Source: an uncultured Chromatiaceae bacterium (GTDB lineage: Bacteria; Pseudomonadota; Gammaproteobacteria; SZUA-140). From it: 64,000 nucleotides of DNA. A program made the translations under genes and the position numbers. The DNA lies in the NCBI GenBank assembly GCA_964605155.1, contig CAZSAK010000001.1, positions 150,124 through 214,123 on the forward strand. Direction: 5' to 3'. Positions 1-8,991 of the stretch are shown here, piece by piece. The notes under the pieces were generated by a model, which saw only the letters and a list, made by a program, of their open reading frames with translations, was not told the DNA's origin and made no database searches. Position 1 is the first letter of the stretch, and every line of letters starts with the position of its first letter.

Positions 1-610
1 CCAGGGCGCAAGCGTCACCATGTTGATCTCGGAAGAACCCGTCGCATCGGAACGACTTTCCAACACCGAGGCGCCCGGCCCGTTACCCGATGCCCTGGTG
101 GCACACCTGGACAAGAGTCACCTGACCGTCCATACCTACCCGGAGAGCCACCCGGACAACGGCATCAGTACTTTCCGGGTCGATATCGATGTGTCTACCT
201 GCGGGCGTGTTTCACCGCTGAGGGCCCTGAATTATCTGATACACAGTTTTGAGTCGGACATTGTGACCATGGATTACCGCGTGCGGGGGTTCACCCGCAA
301 TGTGAAGGGTACCAAGCATTTCATCGATCACCAGATCAATTCGATCCAGAATTTTATTTCGCGCGATACCCAGGACCGCTATCAAATGATCGATGTCAAC
401 GTGTATCAGGAGAACATCTTTCACACCAAGATGATCCTGAAGGAATTCTCCCTTGATAATTACCTGTTCGGAGCCGGAGAGGCCGATTTTTCAGCGGCAG
501 AGGCAAGAAAGATCATGCAACAGTTGCAGAAGGAGATGGCTGAAATCTTTTACGGTCGAAATATCAGCAAGGTTGTCAGCGACAGGCTCCAGGAAATCAA
601 AAGCCATTAA
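1..610 (+). CDS. speD: S-adenosylmethionine decarboxylase proenzyme, 5' end cut by the window edge
   Basis: The frame is open from nt 2. [25 protein letters not shown] (self-processing region), [16 protein letters not shown] and [12 protein letters not shown] match my memory of E. coli SpeD almost residue for residue. Confidence 0.9.
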   Translation, partial: QGASVTMLISEEPVASERLSNTEAPGPLPDALVAHLDKSHLTVHTYPESHPDNGISTFRVDIDVSTCGRVSPLRALNYLIHSFESDIVTMDYRVRGFTRNVKGTKHFIDHQINSIQNFISRDTQDRYQMIDVNVYQENIFHTKMILKEFSLDNYLFGAGEADFSAAEARKIMQQLQKEMAEIFYGRNISKVVSDRLQEIKSH

Positions 611-619
611 ATCGGACGT

Positions 620-1267
620 CTAAATCCAGAAGGCGGTTCGGGTCATGACCCTGGACGTCAGCGTCATGAGTTTTTTGACTGGCTGGGGCAGGTGTGCACC
701 ACCGGCTTCGAGGGCGGTGGTTGCATGTCGGCCCTCATCCTGTTTCATTTGCACGAGTATCGCACGGCTTTTCAGATCCTGGGGTGGCAGACGCCGGAGA
801 TGATCTTCAAGGTGCCTGACCACCTGGTGTTCTGTCTCGGCCACGAATCCCAGGCTCCATTTGTCTCCTGCAATCCCGGCAAGGGCGCCGATTGCAAGCG
901 AGCCTGTATACCAGAGGGGGTTCAACAGGCTGGTGTGTTGGTCGAGCTCTTCGATACGCTGCGCGCACCAGTCTAGATGGTCATTCTCTTCCAAGGCCGC
1001 GCGTTCCATCTTGTCGCGCACGTCTGGCAATCGCGCCGTCAATGCCTGGCCTTCGTAGAGGGCCTGGGCGGCGACCTCACCTGCATGATTAACCCGCATC
1101 AGGCGACCCGAGAGACGCCGGTCCAGTTCACCCAGTTCCGTAGCTTCACAGCTGTCAGCGGGATTGGGGCGTTCCGTGATGGATGGCTGACCGAAGACAG
1201 TGCGGATACCGTTATCAATACTGATCATTATGCTGTCGATGAAACTGTACGCACGCGGATTCATCAT
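620..1267 (-). CDS. coq7: Demethoxyubiquinone hydroxylase (Coq7 family, di-iron carboxylate)
   Basis: Four-helix di-iron ligand pattern: NHAGEVAAQALYEG, EENDHLDW, AETEHQVVRHL, QDEGRHA. I chose the ATG-ATG at 1267/1264 (MMNPRAYSF...) over the ORF-track start at 1333. Confidence 0.85.
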   Translation of the reverse strand: MMNPRAYSFIDSIMISIDNGIRTVFGQPSITERPNPADSCEATELGELDRRLSGRLMRVNHAGEVAAQALYEGQALTARLPDVRDKMERAALEENDHLDWCAQRIEELDQHTSLLNPLWYTGSLAIGALAGIAGDKWSLGFVAETEHQVVRHLEDHLRRLPPQDLKSRAILVQMKQDEGRHATTALEAGGAHLPQPVKKLMTLTSRVMTRTAFWI

Positions 1268-1357
1268 GCAAAGATAGCAGATCCCTTGACAAAGATAAAA
1301 GTACATAGATAAAAGCCCAAGGTTAAAAAACAAGAATAAAGCTTGTCTCCGATTTGG

Positions 1358-2614
1358 TTATGTGTCGGTTGTGATCTGGCGGGCAAGCAGTGTCAAGGGA
1401 TGCAGGATCTCGATGTCCGGATGTTGTGACCTGAGTCCAGTCGTCAGATGCAATGCGCAACCTATATTGGAGGTCACGAGATATGCCGGTTTCAGGCGGG
1501 CGATTTCGCGGACCTTGTCATCCCGCAGACTGTCCGCCATAGCGGGCTGACTCAGCATATAGCTACCGGCCGCCCCGCAACAGCGGTCATTGTCCGGCAA
1601 CGGCGCAACCTTGAGTCCGGGAATCTTCCACAGCAGGGTGTAAGGTCCTTGCTGCTGATGCAGCACATGTCGCAAGCTGCATGGGTCATGTACCAGGACG
1701 TTCGCATCGAGCCGTTTGAATGTGATATACGCGGGCCAGTCAATACCGCACAGGAACTGACTGACGTCCATGACCGGCATGTTGAAACCTTGCTTCGCGA
1801 CGTACAGCGGATATTCGCTCAATGTCACGCCACACCCGCTGGCGGTATAAAGCACAGCAGAGATATCGAGGCCGTTGAACGTAACCAGATTACGCCTGGC
1901 CAGCTCATTGGCCTGTTCGGCCATACCACCGTGCCTGTGCAACGCACCGCAACAGCTTTGCGATGCCGGTACATGTACCGCATACCCACAGTGGCGTAAC
2001 AGTTTTATAGCAGCATCGATTGCAGCGCGATCGATGATTGAACCGATACAACCGGTGAACAGCGCCACCCGTCCTGTCTCTTTACCACAGGCAGGATAGT
2101 ATGATGACCAGGTGGCTTGCGATCCGATGTCCGGCAGGATGCGTTCCAAGCGCTGCAACCCCAGGACCTTGAGGGCACCGCTCTTGCGCAGCAACCAACG
2201 CAGCCCGCTCAATTGATACAGGCGCATGGTACGTGCAGCGGTGCGTAGCAGCGCCCGGTTGAACAACAGCGGGTCGACCAGCAGACGATGCAAAACCCGC
2301 CGGGTCGTTGTCGGACGGTGGCGGTGGCGGATCAGTTCGCGTGCGGCATCGATCAGTTGTCCGTAATGGACATTGGAGGGACACACATCCTCGCAGGCGC
2401 GGCAGGTAAGGCAGCGGTCGAGATGAAATTCAAGTCGTCCTGTCAGTTGCAGACGGTCGTCGACAAGCCCCTGCATCAGCGAGATGCGGCCCCGCGGGGA
2501 ATCACCCTCGTCCCGGGTTTTGACATAGGTGGGACAATCAGGCAGACACAGGCCGCATTTGACGCAGTAATCGGTCTCTTGCCTGATATATGCAATGTTG
2601 TCTGGATTGATCAT
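1358..2614 (-). CDS. GlcF-like (Fe-S)-binding oxidoreductase subunit with two 4Fe-4S motifs and two CCG motifs
   Basis: CVKCGLCLPDCP and CLTCRACEDVCP ferredoxin-type motifs, plus SCCGALH and RCCGAAGSY CCG motifs. The N-terminus MINPDN... aligns with GlcF better than the longer ORF that starts at 2683. No glcD/glcE gene is adjacent. Confidence 0.7.
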   Translation of the reverse strand: MINPDNIAYIRQETDYCVKCGLCLPDCPTYVKTRDEGDSPRGRISLMQGLVDDRLQLTGRLEFHLDRCLTCRACEDVCPSNVHYGQLIDAARELIRHRHRPTTTRRVLHRLLVDPLLFNRALLRTAARTMRLYQLSGLRWLLRKSGALKVLGLQRLERILPDIGSQATWSSYYPACGKETGRVALFTGCIGSIIDRAAIDAAIKLLRHCGYAVHVPASQSCCGALHRHGGMAEQANELARRNLVTFNGLDISAVLYTASGCGVTLSEYPLYVAKQGFNMPVMDVSQFLCGIDWPAYITFKRLDANVLVHDPCSLRHVLHQQQGPYTLLWKIPGLKVAPLPDNDRCCGAAGSYMLSQPAMADSLRDDKVREIARLKPAYLVTSNIGCALHLTTGLRSQHPDIEILHPLTLLARQITTDT

Positions 2615-2767
2615 GATATGTCGATTGAAGATCAGATTAATCGGTTTGTGGAGATTCCCGAGTTGGCGGGAATCCAGTAACATGCCTGATTACAAGCAGG
2701 GACTTCCTCCTGCGGGCATATTTGACCGCATAGTGACCGGACCTGTGTCGTCAACGGGGTATACCAT

Positions 2768-3076
2768 ATGTCTTATTATCGTTATCACGTATTTTTTTGC
2801 ACCAACCAACGCGAAGATGGTAGTGCCTGTTGCCAGGACTACAACGCCTTGGCGTCCCGTAGCTACGCAAAAGACAGGGTCAAGGCACTTGGCCTGGCGG
2901 GCAAGGGCGGCATTCGGATCAATACGGCCGGATGTATGGATCGCTGCAGCGAGGGGCCTGTGATAGCCGTTTATCCGGAAGGGGTATGGTATACCTACGT
3001 GGATCATGATGACATAGACGAAATCATCGAGGAACACCTCGCTCACGGCCGTATCGTCAAGCGCCTGCTGATATGA
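2768..3076 (+). CDS. Thioredoxin-like [2Fe-2S] ferredoxin
   Basis: About 100 aa. YHVFFCTNQR...ACC...AGCMDRCSEGPV...YPEGVWY is the typical signature of the small (2Fe-2S) ferredoxin family. Confidence 0.75.
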   Translation: MSYYRYHVFFCTNQREDGSACCQDYNALASRSYAKDRVKALGLAGKGGIRINTAGCMDRCSEGPVIAVYPEGVWYTYVDHDDIDEIIEEHLAHGRIVKRLLI

Positions 3077-3201
3077 TGACGTTGCCTGTCCTCATGCCTA
3101 CTTCAGGCATCGAAACGCCTGTAAAAGTCGATACTTAGCAAACATACCGGGCTGTTCGGTGTGAGGAAGTTGATGCCTGCAATATAGCTGGCCGGGATTG
3201 C

Positions 3202-3230
3202 TTGTAACTTGCCGGTGTTTTTTGTAGAAT
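3202..3230 (+). promoter_or_regulatory. Candidate sigma70 promoter for rplM-rpsI
   Basis: TTGTAA, a 17-bp spacer, then TAGAAT, about 80 nt upstream of the rplM ATG. Confidence 0.4.
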
Positions 3231-3309
3231 TTCCGCTCTTTTACCGTTACATACAGGGTTTATCGGCCGCCTGATGATGGCGGTGCGAAATGGAGTATTC
3301 AAACAATCA

Positions 3310-3741
3310 ATGAAGACATTTAGCGCCAAGAAAGAATCTGTGCGTCGTGACTGGTTCCTCGTCGATGCCTCCGGCAAGACCCTGGGCAGGCTGGCCAGTG
3401 AGATAGCCACTCGCCTGCGCGGTAAACACAAGGCCGAGTATACCCCTCACGTCGATACCGGTGATTACATCGTCGTGATAAACGCCGCAAAGGTGCATGT
3501 CAGCGGTAAGAAGTTCACCGACAAGATGTATCACCACCATACGGGCTATATCGGTCAAATGAAGTCGATCAGCTTCGACAAGCTGCTGGCAAAGGCCCCT
3601 ACGCGCATCATCGAGATCGCCGTCAAGGGCATGTTGCCCAAGAATCCGCTGGGACGCGAGATGTTCAGGAAATTGCGGGTCTATCCCGGACCTGAGCACG
3701 ATCATGCGGCCCAGCAACCCAGACCGCTTGAATTAGGTTAA
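3310..3741 (+). CDS. rplM: 50S ribosomal protein L13
   Basis: [47 protein letters not shown] is canonical L13. Start taken at MKTF (3310). Confidence 0.95.
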   Translation: MKTFSAKKESVRRDWFLVDASGKTLGRLASEIATRLRGKHKAEYTPHVDTGDYIVVINAAKVHVSGKKFTDKMYHHHTGYIGQMKSISFDKLLAKAPTRIIEIAVKGMLPKNPLGREMFRKLRVYPGPEHDHAAQQPRPLELG

Positions 3742-3756
3742 CGGGAATGAAACACT

Positions 3757-4149
3757 ATGGCAGATAAACACATTTGTACGACAGGCCGCCGCAAGAGCTC
3801 CAAGGCGCGCGTCTTTTTAAGATCCGGCAGTGGCAGGATTACCGTGAACAATCGTTCCCTCGAAGACTATTTCGGACGTGAGACCGCACGCATGGTGGTG
3901 CGCCAGCCCCTCGAATCGACTAGGCAGCTGGACAACCTTGATCTGACGATTACCGTCAGCGGCGGGGGCGGCAGCGGACAGGCCGGTGCGATCCGCCATG
4001 GCATCTCACGCGCCCTGCAGGCCTATGATGAGACCCACAAAGCTGTTCTGCGTAAGGCGGGTTTTCTGACCCGTGATGCGCGCGAGGTTGAACGTAAAAA
4101 GGTCGGCCTGCACAAGGCACGCAAGCGCCCGCAATTCTCCAAACGTTAA
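3757..4149 (+). CDS. rpsI: 30S ribosomal protein S9
   Basis: GRRK.S.ARV.L..G.G.I.VN and the C-terminal [17 protein letters not shown] are canonical S9. The gene follows rplM. Confidence 0.95.
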   Translation: MADKHICTTGRRKSSKARVFLRSGSGRITVNNRSLEDYFGRETARMVVRQPLESTRQLDNLDLTITVSGGGGSGQAGAIRHGISRALQAYDETHKAVLRKAGFLTRDAREVERKKVGLHKARKRPQFSKR

Positions 4150-4477
4150 TTTCCCGAAGCATTTACAGAGAGTTTAAGCATAATGCTCATCGCCCGCACT
4201 GGCGATGAGTATCGCCGTTGTTGCGGCATCTCACCTGCTTCTCCCGGGGTATCCGTTGTGGTATGGAAATCGTGCCCCGGCCCTGGAAGAAGGCGTATTA
4301 AGGTTCCTTTAAGCTGATCATCATATCCTGTGCCTGTTAATCTCGCGGCTGGAATGGTTGACGGCAGGACATCGATCGTGACTGACCATGATGGATCTCC
4401 CTGATCATTTATTCCTGATTATATCCATAGCAGCGGGATCCATTTTTGCCGTCTGATATCCAGGGGATAAACCGAAC

Positions 4478-4696
4478 GTGATGATGAGCGTCAAAACAAC
4501 ATTGATTGCTTGTCTGCTGGTGCTGTGCGCCGGTTGCACTGCCGTGAAACCCTGGGAACGCGGGATGCTCGCAGAGCGCAAGATGCAACTGATTCCCAGC
4601 CCGCTGCAGAATTCCCTCGATGAGCACACCTATTTCAGCAAGGAGGCGGCCTTCGGCGGCCAGGGAGTCGGTGGCGGAGGCTGTGGCTGCAATTGA
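4478..4696 (+). CDS. DUF4266-type small lipoprotein
   Basis: Signal peptide plus Cys (LCAGC). VKPWERG, HTYFSKEAA and the characteristic C-terminal GGGGCGCN are present. GTG start. Confidence 0.75.
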   Translation: MMMSVKTTLIACLLVLCAGCTAVKPWERGMLAERKMQLIPSPLQNSLDEHTYFSKEAAFGGQGVGGGGCGCN

Positions 4697-6000
4697 AGGA
4701 TAAGGGTCACGAATATATCCGCGGCGCGCTGGCGCTGGCAACCTGCGGTCTGCTGGCGCCTGGACCTGCACAGGCCGCGACTGACGCCGATCGCTGGAAT
4801 GTCGAGAGCGCCGCCCTATTCTACTCGGAAAAGGACCGGGTCGATGTCTTTGAGCCTGCCTTTTCGGCCAGGAAGGAGATCGGCGACGAGGAATTCGTCA
4901 CGCTGCGCGGCGTGATCGACAGCATGACCGGCGCCTCACCCAACGGCGCGACGATCACAGATCAGCCACAGACCTTTACCGGCGCCTCCGGGCGGAACGG
5001 TTATTCCGTCGCTGCCAACGAGTTTCCCCTGGTGAGTTTCACCGATACCCGTATCGCCCTGGGTGTGGACTGGGAAAGACCCGACAGTCGTACAAGCAGG
5101 GACATTATCGGCGGCACTGTGTCGGTGGAATCCGACTACTATTCATTCGGTGGCAGCTACACGCACCTGTGGGATTCCGACGATCGTTTGACCACCTGGA
5201 CGGCCGGGATAGGCGGCAGCCTCGACATCGTCTCTCCGACCGGTGGGGCGCCGACGGCACTGCAGCGACTGAGTTCAGTTGCGACGACCTCCGGCAGAGG
5301 CGGGGACGATGATGAAGGCGAGGGTGAAGGGGGTGAAGGCGAAGGGCTCAGCGGTGAAACCAAGCTGACCGCTGACGTGGTGCTGGGCGTGACACGAATA
5401 TTGAACCCGCGCTCATTAATCCAGTTGAACTATTCATTCAGTCACCGTAACGGGTATCTCAATGATCCCTACAAGGTGGTGAGCCTGATCGACCCGGGCG
5501 GCGCGACGGCGGACTATATCTATGAATCGCGCCCCGGGGAACGCAACGCCAATATCCTTTATCTGAAGTGGAACTATCATTTCCCGGAGGATGTATTGCA
5601 CATCTCGCACCGGTATTTCACGGATGACTGGGGCATCCAATCGGATACTACCGATGTAACCTACCGGCTCGAGGCCGGTCACGGCTTTTTTATCGAGCCC
5701 TATGGCCGTTATTACACCCAGACCGCCGCGGATTTTTATCGCCACAGCCTGCCGGATTTCGAACCGTTACCGTCTCATGTCAGCGCGGACTATCGCCTGG
5801 CCAGGATGGAAAGCCGGACATCCGGTATACGCATGGGCAGGGCGCTGGACGAAGACAGTGAATGGAGCCTGAAGTTCGAGTATATGAAACAGACGGGCGA
5901 GAGTCATCCTGCCGATGCCATCGGGATCCAGCAGAATTTCGATCTCTATCCGGGACTGGAGGCCTATATTGTGCAGCTATACTACTATTCAAAGTACTAG
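4693..6000 (+). CDS. DUF3570-type secreted protein, probably an outer-membrane beta-barrel
   Basis: Its TTG start overlaps the stop of the DUF4266 gene (TTGA). Signal peptide ...GPAQA. As I recall, this is the usual genetic partner of DUF4266. The sequence is rich in alternating aromatic residues. Confidence 0.6.
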   Translation: MKDKGHEYIRGALALATCGLLAPGPAQAATDADRWNVESAALFYSEKDRVDVFEPAFSARKEIGDEEFVTLRGVIDSMTGASPNGATITDQPQTFTGASGRNGYSVAANEFPLVSFTDTRIALGVDWERPDSRTSRDIIGGTVSVESDYYSFGGSYTHLWDSDDRLTTWTAGIGGSLDIVSPTGGAPTALQRLSSVATTSGRGGDDDEGEGEGGEGEGLSGETKLTADVVLGVTRILNPRSLIQLNYSFSHRNGYLNDPYKVVSLIDPGGATADYIYESRPGERNANILYLKWNYHFPEDVLHISHRYFTDDWGIQSDTTDVTYRLEAGHGFFIEPYGRYYTQTAADFYRHSLPDFEPLPSHVSADYRLARMESRTSGIRMGRALDEDSEWSLKFEYMKQTGESHPADAIGIQQNFDLYPGLEAYIVQLYYYSKY

Positions 6001-6160
6001 CAGGGCATCGCTAAAGGATCGAGTCGCAACAGAGTTGTGACGAGGGATCTATTCCGGTTGTATTGTCAAATATATCCTCCCGGATTAATCAGGAAATACC
6101 CGTCGTCAAAAAACGGTCATTTTTTATTGATCGAGCGGGGACGATTCCAGATTTGTTATC

Positions 6161-6190
6161 AAAAGCCCCGCAAGACTTGCGGGGCTTTTT
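6161..6190. terminator. Bidirectional rho-independent terminator
   Basis: GCCCCGCAAG / CTTGCGGGGC stem flanked by an A-run and a T-run. It sits directly after the 3' end of tRNA-Gln. Confidence 0.8.
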
Positions 6191-6197
6191 GAAAAAA

Positions 6198-6271
6198 TGG
6201 CTGGGGGACGAGGATTCGAACCTCGGCTGGCGGAGTCAGAGTCCGCTGTCCTACCACTAGACGATCCCCCA
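6198..6271 (-). tRNA. tRNA-Gln (anticodon CUG)
   Basis: The reverse complement reads TGGGGGATCGTCTAGTGGTAGGACAGCGGACTCTGACTCCGCCAGCCGAGGTTCGAATCCTCGTCCCCCAGCCA. It has a 7-bp acceptor stem, a GGTTCGAATCC T-loop, anticodon loop CT-CTG-AC and an encoded CCA. Confidence 0.92.
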
Positions 6272-6451
6272 ATTGTGATACCCCGGTTGTGATATCAGTC
6301 GCGATATCTGTGGAGATACACAGGATGACTGTCAAAAGATATATAGATTCAGCCAAAAGATCAAAGTCACTTAATTATAAATCCCCAGCTCGATACCCAC
6401 TACTCGATATACTTTACAGGCCCTACGGAATATTGACGGATGTCACATATT

Positions 6452-6473
6452 AATGTTGTAAAAATACAACATT
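6452..6473. promoter_or_regulatory. Perfect 9-bp inverted repeat, AATGTTGTA-N4-TACAACATT
   Basis: Read directly from the sequence. It lies about 35-55 bp upstream of the candidate -35 element of the porin gene, which is an activator-type position. Confidence 0.35.
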
Positions 6474-6506
6474 CACGTAATTTATAGATTTTTGTGCATT
6501 AATCTG

Positions 6507-6534
6507 TTGCATTTCTGATAAATTCGAGTATAAA
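6507..6534 (+). promoter_or_regulatory. Candidate sigma70 promoter of the porin gene
   Basis: TTGCAT, a 16-bp spacer, then TATAAA, in an AT-rich intergenic region. Confidence 0.4.
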
Positions 6535-6540
6535 TATGCC

Positions 6541-6570
6541 CTGTTAATTAACAGTAGTTAACGGTTAACT
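6541..6570. promoter_or_regulatory. Two adjacent palindromes, CTGTTAATTAACAG and AGTTAAC-G-GTTAACT
   Basis: A perfect 14-mer palindrome followed by 7+1+7 arms. Both lie immediately downstream of the candidate -10 element, which is an operator-type position. Confidence 0.35.
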
Positions 6571-6591
6571 TATTTTCGAAATGGGAGAACT

Positions 6592-7602
6592 ATGATGAAT
6601 AAGAAATTGATAGCAGTTGCAATCGCAGGCGCATTTGCCGGCGCCTCACCGGCCGTGATGGCGGGCGCGATGAATGTTGGCGTCAGTGGTTACATTGACG
6701 GTATCTTTACTCTGCAGAATGAGGCCGCTGACGATTCAACTGTCGATGCAAGTGGCAGCACGGCCAATGGCGCACAACAGAAGTTCAGCATGGACGGCGA
6801 GTTGGATTTTACCGCCAGCCAGGGTAACGTGATGACTAGGGTCGACCTGGATGTCAATAACACCGATGGCACCTTCGACAGTGGCGAGATCGAGCAGGCC
6901 TATGCCGCGTGGATGGCCAACGATGCCCTGACGGTAAAGCTCGGTCAGATGAATTCCGGGATCGGCTTCGAAGAGGAAGACACCCCGAACATCTACTCGG
7001 TGACCCATGGCCAGCTCTATGACATCATTAACGGCCAGACCGAGCTGAGAGGCAATAATGTCAATGGTGTGGTGCTGGCATTCAATGCAGGACCTGCAGC
7101 CATTAATGTCGGCCTGTTGGATGAACTGGGCAGAAACGCCGAGGCCAATTCTTTCCTGTTGCAGGCCAGTGGTTCGCCGATGGACGGCCTGAACCTGGAG
7201 GCCAGCTTTGTCACCCAGGAAGACTATGATGCGGCCTTTAATCCTACTTCCGTAGGTAATGTCTTCGATATCAATGGTACCTTCGGCATGGACAACTGGT
7301 TTGTCGGTGCAGATATCATGGACGGAGCTGACGATGGCGATGGTCTGATGGATAACGCATACGGCATCTTCGGTAACATGGACTTCGGCGCCTTTAGTGC
7401 GTTTCTACGCTATGACACAGTAACGTATAATGATGTCGGTTCAACAAGTGTGGACGACACTACATCGACGACACTTGCCGGTACCTGGTCAGCGAACGAT
7501 AATCTGGACATGTTGGTCGAGTTCAGGAGTGATGACAACGGTACCGATACCTTCAATTCGGTATTACTGGAAGCCGTTGCGACCCTCGGGGACTTCAACT
7601 AA
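6592..7602 (+). CDS. Putative outer-membrane porin (acidic, Asp/Gly-rich loops)
   Basis: Signal peptide ...AVMAGA. The mature part has no Cys. Sequence shows alternating beta-strand-like segments and a strong terminator follows. I recognise no specific family. Confidence 0.55.
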   Translation: MMNKKLIAVAIAGAFAGASPAVMAGAMNVGVSGYIDGIFTLQNEAADDSTVDASGSTANGAQQKFSMDGELDFTASQGNVMTRVDLDVNNTDGTFDSGEIEQAYAAWMANDALTVKLGQMNSGIGFEEEDTPNIYSVTHGQLYDIINGQTELRGNNVNGVVLAFNAGPAAINVGLLDELGRNAEANSFLLQASGSPMDGLNLEASFVTQEDYDAAFNPTSVGNVFDINGTFGMDNWFVGADIMDGADDGDGLMDNAYGIFGNMDFGAFSAFLRYDTVTYNDVGSTSVDDTTSTTLAGTWSANDNLDMLVEFRSDDNGTDTFNSVLLEAVATLGDFN

Positions 7603-7622
7603 ACGAGTTTAAGCCCTCGACT

Positions 7623-7653
7623 AAAAGCCGGGCCAACTGCCCGGCTTTTTTTT
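7623..7653 (+). terminator. Rho-independent terminator
   Basis: GCCGGGC-caact-GCCCGGC followed by T8. Confidence 0.85.
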
Positions 7654-7808
7654 GCCTGCAATTCGGTAACGTGCATCATAGGATGGATCTATGTACAGGA
7701 TAGTAAATGGATATTGATAAATAAGCGTGTTCTCTATATCGTCTAGGCCAGAATTTTTCCTGCTTATTACTAAAGTGATTCAGTGATAACTATATGGAGT
7801 ATGATGCC

Positions 7809-8837
7809 ATGATGTTGTTTCGCTATTTATTGATATCCAGCTGGGTGCTTGCGTTTCCGGCAATGGCCATGGAGGCCTTGCCCGACAAGCCGCCGATACC
7901 CGATGACAATCCCATGAGTGACCAGAAGGTGGCATTGGGCAAGCAGCTCTTTTTCGACCCCCGGCTTTCCGTTGACGGCACGATCTCGTGTAATTCCTGC
8001 CACAACGTGATGTCGAGCGGTACGGACAATCGATCCGTCTCTGTGGGTGTGAAAGGCCAGAAGGGTGGCCGTTCTGCCCCCACGGTCTGGAATGCGGCCT
8101 TTCTTACTGCCCAGTTCTGGGATGGTCGTGCCGCCACCCTGGAGGACCAGGCCAAGGGTCCGGTCCTCAACCCTGTCGAGATGGGCATGCCGAATGAAAA
8201 GGCGGTCATCGACCGGTTATCCACCATCCCCGGTTATAAGGAACAGTTCAAGGCGGTGTTCGGCGGCAAAGACCCCCTGACGTATGACAATGTTGCCAAG
8301 GCGATCGCCGCCTACGAGCGTACCCTCATTACGCCCGACAGCCCGTTCGATCGTTACAAGAGAGGCGACAAGAAGGCACTGTCCGGGGCGGCGGAACGGG
8401 GTATGAAACTGGTTGATGAAGTCGGTTGCACAGGATGTCATAACGGCGTCAATTTTGCCGGTCCCTCGCTGCCGATGGGACAGGGCTTTTACCAGAAATT
8501 TCCCACCTTCTCCGGGACAGAATACGAGAAGAAATACGACCTGGTTGCGGACATGGGCCGTTACGAGGTCACAAAGGATGACAGCGACAAGCATATGTGG
8601 CGAGTACCCACCTGGCGTAACGTTGCCCTGACCGCACCCTATTTTCACAACGGTTCGGTTGCAACACTTGATGAAGCGGTGCGCGTGATGGCAAAGACGC
8701 AGTTGAACAAGACACTGGATGAAGACCAGGTGAATGATATCGTAGCATTTCTCAACAGTTTGACCGGCGAATTCCCCGAGCAGACAATGCCGAGGTTGCC
8801 GGATTACATGAATGCCAGCGTGGTGGATACACACTGA
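7809..8837 (+). CDS. Dihaem cytochrome c peroxidase (bacterial CCP/MauG family)
   Basis: CNSCHN and CTGCHNG haem motifs. RSAPTVWNAAF, QFWDGRA, GPVLNPVEMG and WRVPTWRNVALTAPYFHNGS are typical of bacterial CCP. Start chosen at 7809 (GGAG lies 9 nt upstream); the ORF-track start is 7794. Confidence 0.88.
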   Translation: MMLFRYLLISSWVLAFPAMAMEALPDKPPIPDDNPMSDQKVALGKQLFFDPRLSVDGTISCNSCHNVMSSGTDNRSVSVGVKGQKGGRSAPTVWNAAFLTAQFWDGRAATLEDQAKGPVLNPVEMGMPNEKAVIDRLSTIPGYKEQFKAVFGGKDPLTYDNVAKAIAAYERTLITPDSPFDRYKRGDKKALSGAAERGMKLVDEVGCTGCHNGVNFAGPSLPMGQGFYQKFPTFSGTEYEKKYDLVADMGRYEVTKDDSDKHMWRVPTWRNVALTAPYFHNGSVATLDEAVRVMAKTQLNKTLDEDQVNDIVAFLNSLTGEFPEQTMPRLPDYMNASVVDTH

Positions 8838-8872
8838 CGATCGTTGCCGATCAGGACTGTGCAATCACACCG

Positions 8873-8906
8873 AGCCGGATGCCTGACAGCATCCGGCTTT
8901 GTTTTT
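8873..8906 (+). terminator. Rho-independent terminator
   Basis: AGCCGGATGC-ctgaca-GCATCCGGCT followed by TTGTTTTT. Confidence 0.85.
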
Positions 8907-8991
8907 GCAACCAGGGCATAATCACAGTAAATTACGGGGCTGATCGTTATCGTCAATCTCGTCCGGTTAACCATATGAGCAGGGAGAAGGC

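Noticed and set aside
4186-4209. Hairpin CTCATCGCC-cgcact-GGCGATGAG after rpsI as a terminator
   Set aside because: The stem is good but no U-run follows it. It may be an RNA-processing or Rho-related element, so I did not list it as an intrinsic terminator.
5290-5350. Imperfect GGTGAAGG/GGCGAAGG repeats as a tandem-repeat or contingency locus
   Set aside because: It is short, imperfect and in-frame, encoding the (E/G)n low-complexity insert of the DUF3570 protein. There is no evidence of unit-length periodicity suited to slippage.
6063-6260. 65-aa ORF (and its antisense partner at 6159-6356) in the tRNA region
   Set aside because: It runs through an intrinsic terminator hairpin and the tRNA-Gln gene, so it is an artefact of the six-frame scan.
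6198-6271. tRNA-Gln as the attachment site of a genomic island containing the cytochrome region
   Set aside because: The tRNA 3' end faces away from the cytochrome genes. There is no integrase and no duplicated tRNA 3' fragment in the window. The cytochrome operon has the same GC and codon style as the housekeeping genes.
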